Assembly (NCBI GenBank): GCA_002633005.1
Contig: NMRA01000113.1
Location: forward strand, 526,441-590,440
DNA length: 64,000 nucleotides
Direction of reading: 5' to 3'
Source of the DNA: Phoronis australis
Lineage: Eukaryota > Animalia > Phoronida
Numbering within the stretch: the stretch's first letter is position 1; each line of letters starts with the position of its first letter. The position numbers and the translations under genes are program-made. The notes under the pieces are model-generated. The model ran no database searches and was not told the origin of the DNA. It saw nothing but the letters and a program-made list of their open reading frames with translations. Positions 56,108-64,000 of this stretch are shown here, in pieces.

Positions 56108-57905
56108 ATAAGAAGTGCCCACAGAGGATGAAAGACTGTGCTGCAAGAAAGCATTCCCAAACTGCATAAGTATCTTGGACGTACGTATGGACAGCATTAG
56201 ATAGTATATTTACACATGCACAACAATTTAATCACATTTGTAAGGGAAGTCACATAGTTATGAACAACAAAGAGATAGCGGCCTGCCTTTACTTGCAGTT
56301 TCTCAAAATTCTTTGTTACAAATTCTCTTGTTGTTTATTAGAGTAATCTGCCTGGTTAGAGCCCCCATCTGATTGAACTTCGCTTTCAAAGCCCATTATA
56401 AAATATTGTTGAGGTAAGGGCACACCTCCAATTTTTGGGAACCTTCCAATTTGAGGGCCCTGGACACTGACAGGGAGATTACGGTATTTGAATTATGGAA
56501 ATATTCACAACCTGCACACCAGAAAATTCTCAGTGTTACATGTTCATACAGAGACGACTCTGTGACAGGTAGAAAGAACATCACACCTCAGAGAACAGTA
56601 ACATACATAGGCATTGTATTAGCTACAATCACCAAGCCAACTCTTGTTAGTATTATCTGCAGAGAACCTAATAAGGAGTTACTGTATATTAAAGAGTCAT
56701 TGGCCATTTAGAACCATCATGCCACTGATTCTCTGAATAACATGCAAAGCTCTGTGACCCTGCAGCTATGGTGATGACCAGCTACTGACCATATTCTATG
56801 TATCTCTCACTTCACTTTATGGATGTTACCTGAGCTGTATGTTGGCACTTGTTGTCCTAAATTATTGTAAGTATGATCCTGATGATGTCTAATGAAAAGA
56901 CGAAACGTTGAATTGAACATGAACTTTTTTATTTGTGCGGGGATCGTCCTGTCTTTGAACATTTTCATATGCATTTAACTTTATTATTTTTAGGACATGG
57001 AGTACCTAGTGCTCAATGAGGCTGTGTTAGCTTTAGCGCTGCACTACAGAAACGTGTTGGCCTTCCACGATAGCGAGAACTATAACAAGACAAACAGGCA
57101 CCAAGCATATTGACAGTATACATTGTGGGGTTTTGGTAGGCTCAGTACAGAACAAAGAAAAGTTGTCCCTAGTTGCTGTGTCTGGCGCATCAGGGTCAAG
57201 TTTCCTGATCTGTTTGCTCTGTACAAAGGTTTTGTATCACACCGCGACCATTTCATGTTATGAATGTCATTTTCTGAATACAAGCCCATGGGCATGTTTT
57301 CGGAAATTCCCGTAGTTTACCGATCTGTTAGGATTAGTATAGGCCAAGTATCACCAGACACCGAGTGTTTTCTGTAGGCATGGGGATTGTGGTGAATGAA
57401 TATGAATGTTTCACAGGAAGTTCAATAATGCCCTAATTTTTTTCATCTTATTTCTTTCAGGAGTACAGCTGAAGTGGTGAACTTCAATCTGCTAGTATTT
57501 ATGTATGTTGGAAAGAGGTTTGCCCATGGGCCACGGGCATACAGAGCCAGAAACCTTTTGGCAGCTCTAGACAACAATGCCCATATTGACAGGGATGTCT
57601 TGGCTCAACAAGAATGGAACCATCAGGTAATAAAAAGGTTACATTTGTATTCTTTGAAGGTATGCTAGCAAGTTTAATAAGAAATCCGGGTGTTACACTG
57701 TTCACCAGGTAAAGGTGGCAAAGACCTATCCTAACATCAGGCCATTGACGGTGGCGATAGTCAAAAGGCAATTACAAGACAACTTGGGGATGCATAGAAG
57801 AGTACCTATTTCATTTGATGACCCGTGGACCATCGCTCCTTCTGTCAGTGGTGTCACACCATCACCTACAGATGTTATACAAGACGAGAAAGTCTCAAGA
57901 TTCCA
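56108..57905 (+). mobile_element. Kolobok P2X7-like and transposase remnant with nested Penelope, copy 2
   Basis: Colinear with copy 1; [50 protein letters not shown]. Confidence 0.75.
56875..56914 (+). ncRNA. Minimal hammerhead-ribozyme-like motif (copy 2)
   Basis: Identical to 52181-52220. Confidence 0.55.
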
Positions 57906-58149
57906 GTTGTGGGCTTGTCTGCAAATGAAATAGAGCCCCACGTGTAACAACAAGAGCACCGCGGAGCAGTGAAATGCGCCCACGAATGCATTGCAAATGG
58001 TATGCTTTTAAGGTTATTTATTTGCATCATAAAAATGGCCACTAGATGGCACAAAAAAGTACAATGCATCCAAAAATGAGAACACGCCATATTTCATAAA
58101 AATGTGTCAAGGAACTTCAGAGAAACAAAGGAAAACAGAATAAAATGAA

Positions 58150-59255
58150 ATTGTCACTAGTGGGAAGGAAAAAGATGCTTTAAAAAAGCGACTGAAGCGA
58201 CTGGACCATAAATGTAGAGCAGCAGAGAATGCACGCCGAGTTGAAAACAGGCTTAGTGACACTTTACAGAAAAGACTTCAGTGAAAGGATGAAGGCTAAT
58301 CAGCAAATGAAATTAAATGTAAAAGCAAACGAAAGTTGAGATCAGATGTTACTCATCAAGCAAAAAAGAATGAACAAAGCGATGAGACCAGAAAAAGAAA
58401 AAACTCAGATCCTGTTTATAGAGTTAAGGAAAATATGCCAAGCACTTTTAGCAAACAAAAGGTGAGATCAGATGATGTTCAGAAAATGAAAGAGAATGAG
58501 TGAAGATGTGAAATGCGAACAGATCCTGATTACAGACCTAATGAAAATGTGCGGAGCAAATGGAAGTTGCGCTCTGATGATGTTCAGAAAGCAAAAGAAA
58601 ATGAACAAAGAAATGAGATGAGAAAACAAAAGCGATTAAGTTGTGATTACAGAAATTGGGAAAACAAAAGAGAAGCAACAAGAAAATCATTGAAGCGTGC
58701 ATGTGACAGGGAACAAGTGTTTGAAGACGATGAACTTGTAAAAAGATTTCATGAAATGATTAAAAATGGTCCTACGTATGTGTGTAGTTGTTATGATCAA
58801 ACTTGGTTTAGACATAGTGTAAGGCGAAGACAGTGAAAGGGAATAATAAGACTGCAATTGAGAGTTTGCCACTGGAGCAAACTGATGAGGAATACGTGAG
58901 TGATACATTTCATAGCTACTTAGTGCAAGATAAGATACCACCATGTGCAATGTTGAATGATATGAGATTTCACAAGAAACCAGAAGATATATGTGATCTG
59001 TACCCATTAGAGTGGATACTTCTGTCACCTCGGATTCCTTTTATGAAGATGTATGCTGCTCCAAGGGGTAATCAGAAGAAAATCAGAGGAAATGTAGTAA
59101 ACGTTCCAGGAAATGTTTGTAATACTATTAAAAATGTACTTCCAAGAGCTCCTGATGATACTATGACAATTGCAGCTAATATGAAAAGACAACTGACATA
59201 CAAGCATGTTGAAATGACTGAAAATATACCCCATAATAAGATTGTTGAAATGGCT
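58150..59255 (+). mobile_element. Helitron RepHel N-terminal (DUF6570-like) fragment, copy 2
   Basis: ORFs 58513-58836 and 58833-59396 carry the same motifs as copy 1. Confidence 0.8.
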
Positions 59256-59264
59256 GGAAAAGAA

Positions 59265-60290
59265 TATGGGAATTGTATACATGAGAAGGCATTGTGTTTA
59301 ATGTACACAGGAGTGATGAAAACAATGAAACACACCTCAGCAAGTTCCAAAACTGGCCTCAGCTATTTAAGCAAGGACAACTTAGAGAAATGGTGAACAA
59401 ACATAAAACACAATGAAAAAATGGAAAAACGAAACTACAAGTGGCTGACAGACCGAATAAATAAAGCAATAACAGAGGAGAGCATGGAGATATCGGAGGA
59501 GGTTCACCAATGTCTCAAAACGATACTCTCTGAAAATGAGGCACAGCTAACAGACAAAATTGAGAAAGACTCTGTGCAAATGCTGTTGTGGAAGGAACAG
59601 AAAAAAATGTTGATCTGCAAAACAGCAAGAACATGAAATAGCATCCTATGATGCTAAAGTGGTGCCTACAGTTAAAAAATCTCTCAAAGGTAGCATATGA
59701 CTTAATAAAAAATTCAGGCTTTCTATTTTTGCTATCCACAACAACATTGTTCAATTATGTGCTCCACATGTCATTGGACACTGGAGTGAAAGATGCGAAA
59801 TTTTTGTCCTAGCAATTAAAGAGCATTAACTTTGACTTTTTGCCTGAGCACACACGAAATGTTGTGCTGATCTTTGATGAAATGAAAATAAAGGCAGACC
59901 TAGTGTATTCAAAGGCCACAGGAAAAGTGATTGGTCAGTGCAACACAGGCTTAATTAATGAACAGTTGACTGCGTTTGCTGCTAACATTGAGAGCGGTGA
60001 GGTCTTGCCTCAGCTTGCTACAAGCGTGTTGCTATTCATGGCACAGGGTACAATAGACTGATTCGTACTGTTTTTCCATGGCCCACTATCCATGTGTTGG
60101 TTTTAACTCAGACCAACTTTATCCTGTTGTGTGGGAATGTGTGCGTGGTGTGGAAACCATTAGTTTAAAGGTTAGAGCTACAGTTTCTGATGGAGCTACA
60201 ACAAACCGGCATTTTTATCACATGCACAAGTTACCAACAGATGCACAGAATGCTGTTGTTTATAGAACTGTCGTAATATATGAGTATTAG
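59265..60290 (+). mobile_element. P-element transposase fragment, copy 2
   Basis: LIFDEMKIKADLVY; AHYPCVGFNSDQLYPVVWECVRGVETISLKVRATVSDGATTNR. Confidence 0.85.
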
Positions 60291-63200
60291 ATACATTTGG
60301 TAACGAGAGGATAAAGCAAAATTATGAACCGGGCAAAGTATTTTATGAAAATGCAGACTTGCATCACCCGTTTGAAGTGTCTGGTTTGTTGGGACTGACA
60401 CAATGTCTCATGCATTGCCCCCTTCCCTGTACCTATCCTCCAAACTGTGTGTTGAATTGTGATAAAGGGTGATTAGTGGGTTCCTATTGTGGAGAGCATT
60501 GTTGACTTGCTTTTCAGTCTTGGAGACTGTTTTAAGTTTACAAGCATTGTTCCTTTTATTGGGAATTTTTAAAATAATGATCATACCTTATGTCCTTGCT
60601 CTATGCGATGCACACGGCGTTGCTCTTGTTTTATTAACCGGCATATCATACTGACCAACAAATTCACTTCAGGCACAATGTCCCACCAATCAACAACACC
60701 ATTTTGACATAATGCCTTAAAAAGTTTTTTTGTCATTTTTTGTACAACCATTGTCACTGTCATATTAAATGTTGAGTAAAAATAATAAAAAAATATTGTT
60801 AAAAGCCTCATTTCATTACCTTGCAGAAAATAAATACTTTGTAGTACTTTATACCACGTTCTGATGATTCTATTAAATGATTTAGTGACATCACCCTCGT
60901 CTATTGGAATTTGACATAATTAATTTGGACACTAAAGGGTTAAGCAGGCTCTGGTATAAAAATACCCTATTGTTAAGTATTAGAGTAGATAAGCCAGTGG
61001 AGCGTGAGACCCGTGAGCCCCAGTCAACTCCTCACAATAATTCCTTGTTATGAATGCAATATACCCACACAAGGCATAGGATCAAGCCCCAATCAGAGTC
61101 TCACATCTCACTAAGGAGACCATTGCTCCATGGTGAACACGCTGCCTATCAACCAGAGACTGTTGACAGTGTCACGAATAATTAGCCCGTGGTAAACAGC
61201 GTAACAAGGTTTATATGATCGTTCATAAGCCAAAATGGTACAAGAATGACGATTCTGTACAATTAGCTTCAGTGCATGAAACACTGATAATCCATATAAA
61301 TAACATTGGTGTTGTAGGTCCATACCCCATATTATTGACTGTGCTAATACATGATGGCTGACAAGTTAGGAGAACTATGCCGTTTTAAAAGAGTAAATAT
61401 TCATTCACGAAGACCCATCACCATGGTGAGGAGTTCACCGTAACATTCATCAAGATATCATAGATGACATTTCGATCAAGCGCGATGTTACATCTGATTC
61501 AGACAAAAAAGAGGCGATTGAGGGAGTTCAAAGAAACATCACAAAGTCTCCATCTTCATCTACAAAGGAAGGCAAAGATAGAAAGAAATGACCCAAGGCC
61601 AAGATTTTCATCGTTCGGGAAAAGACTCTTACCTATTTTACCTATTCTATATTTTTTCACTTCACTTCTACCAATATTTCATGACATTAAGACATACTTT
61701 CAACAATTATAATCAAAATCCACGAATTACACAATAAACAGAAAGACATAATGACAGATTATTTAGGGTGTTATTACATCAGAAATACTGGTTGGTGCCA
61801 AATCAGCTTAAATTGATTTGAATAATGTAGTAAGTCATAAGACGAGCTCAGCTTGTTTTTATGATGAAGTTGTAAAGAAATGTCTTGCAGCAAGAAGAAA
61901 AGAAAAGTATTTGAAGAAAGAGTTTCAAGAATTACCAAGAAAGGCTTTTGTAGCCTGGAGAACCACTCTTCAAAGGAATATGCTGCTCAACACCTGAATT
62001 GTTTCAGTTGCTTAGATCTGAGCTCGTTCAACCTGGTGCAACTCCTGAAACTAGGTAAAATCTGAATGAAGAACTCCTGTGTGTCAAACAGTGCACTTGA
62101 ATTGAGAATTTGCAGTTATCTAGTAGATGACAACTGAGAGAGATGACACCTGGCAGGGAAGGGTAAACCATAAGAAATATACTGTGCTGACAAGGCTTAC
62201 AAAATGTGGAGTGAGTATCTTTCATGTCAAATGCGGTTTTACAGCAATGACTGACATAGTTGACAAATTTAACACGTCAATTGGTGCAGAAATATTCTCT
62301 GCATATCAGACCATCAAATATTCTTCAAAAGCAGAAAAAAATCTGCTGTTGATTACTTTGTGAAGAGAGAGACCACACAAGATCATATTGATGCAAAACT
62401 TGTCAGAAATATACGAATGAGTGCTCGGAGAAGAAATCAAGAGACAACAGCAAAAGCACACAGCATATAGAAAAGGAGCTGCAAGATCTTGGTATTGTGA
62501 TGAAAGTGCACCTGACTAAAAGGCACAAAGTGGAGAGGTAGAAAGTGCTACTTATTGTGAAAATCCCAAATTGTGGATGTAAAAATGTGAGCACGTGAAA
62601 AAGATGAGGGAGTAAGAGTGAGCAACTACTTGTGAAATTTATGCTGCATCGAATGCCCATTAAATTCCTGTCTGTACGTCTTCTCAATACCATCTGACAG
62701 GTGGCCAATATTCTGACCTAATGAAAAGATTGAGCCAGTGGACATTTCCATGACTCATCACACTCTTTGCCACACAAATGGCAAGTACTTTAATAAGGCT
62801 GTGTTCATTTCAACATGATCTAGTTTATCACCTCTAAAGCTCATGTTATAAGTATTGTTATAGTAGTTTTTAAGTATAAAGCTACCATAGCTGTTGTAAA
62901 TGTATACATACTTTCAGGTACTAATCCTCAATTTAAGTTGTATTGGTGAAAGTGGGCTCATCGCTACAGAGTTGGAGACCAGTTGGAGAAAATGTTGGAG
63001 AGAATGATTGAAAACGCAAATGTGGCGACCATTTTGTGGTGGAATTGAATGCAATCAGAGAAGGCTTAACAAAACTGGGAGCAGCAGAAGCTAAATCCAC
63101 AGAAACACACCCCACTTGAAATCAATGGTCATGCTGCAAGGCCGAGGTTTCACATAATAACTCTTTGTGAACAGGTTTATCTATATGTCTGCGGGAGTAC

Positions 63201-64000
63201 AGTTGAGCTCGAAACCAATCATAAGAGGCTTGAATTTATATATTCTGGAGCTGGTCGAAAAGGACAGCAGGAATTGAACAGTTTGACAACATGAACCAAA
63301 CCTTTTGTCCATTTCTAACACAGCCCATCATAATCTGTTGACCTGGCTGTCTTCAGACTTGTCAGCTAGTCCTGAGGCTATGTAAAACCTCTCAAATCAG
63401 CGTATACACTTGGTCCACGACTATGGATCACTGAAGTTCACTGGATTAAGTGCCTGAACCTGACATGTAGTCATTGACTGTATACTGTTTGTACAGTGTT
63501 GTGATATGGAAACGTGAGAGCGAGAGAACAAGATAAAATTACTATACACCTGCTGACTACTATGCTGTAGCACACCAAATTAACACTACAGGTAACCCCT
63601 GAATTGGCTAGACACTCAGTGCAAGTTAAACTTCAGGCCAGTGCTATTAGATCACAGTGCAGAAGTTAAGAGAGTTGTGCCATCATGACGTTAGCCCCAG
63701 ATTAAACTTACTAACTCACAACCAGCAGACTGCACCTTTTGCGACACTTTTCACGAGTGTGGAAAATGCAAAGCTGAAATGAGCACTGCTTGAAGTGTAA
63801 ACGAAAAGTACACTATTCATGTGTCTGCACACCTTGTGAAAATTTTCTAAGAAAGTGAAAGAAGTCGACCATGGCACCGAGCCTCTTAACAGTGAATTGT
63901 TTTGGGAGCAGACATACAGAGTGAGCGTAGGTGAAGGTAAAGTGGCGTAACACAGGCATTGGTGTAATGATTATTTCAAAGTCAGAATACAGTAGGCCCA

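Larger units (their letters stand above)
51389..60360 (+). repeat. ~4.7-kb tandem duplication of a mosaic TE cassette (unit 1 ~51389-56076; unit 2 ~56077-60360, lacking the last ~290 bp)
   Basis: Colinear paired ORFs in the track (e.g. identical 71-aa ORFs at 54856 and 59421); no N at the junction; copy-specific indels. Confidence 0.92.

Overview
AT-rich animal genomic DNA, probably from a marine invertebrate; this is inferred from the intron structure and TE families, and the species cannot be determined. Bases ~1-18.6 kb hold an intact 22-coding-exon gene for mitochondrial leucyl-tRNA synthetase (LARS2, + strand, 912 aa by my exon assembly, HMGH and KMSKS motifs). One of its splice acceptors is tandemly triplicated, and the two upstream copies lead straight into a stop codon. 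From ~19.4 kb to ~60.4 kb I find no intact host gene. Instead there is a dense patchwork of short degenerate fragments from about a dozen TE superfamilies: Tx1/L1, Copia, Gypsy, BEL, Penelope, Helitron, Harbinger, ISL2EU, piggyBac, pogo, Kolobok with a P2X7-ballast-like domain, P element and hAT MITE, plus G2E3-like HECT and Ulp1 cargo. About 20 of 23 orientable coding fragments face the + strand, which is the pattern expected of a uni-strand, flamenco-like piRNA cluster transcribed on the - strand (hypothesis). Two single-N joins (26827, 31917) mark assembly breaks, and one flanks a probable false haplotypic duplication. All homology calls come from recognising motifs by eye, not from database searches.
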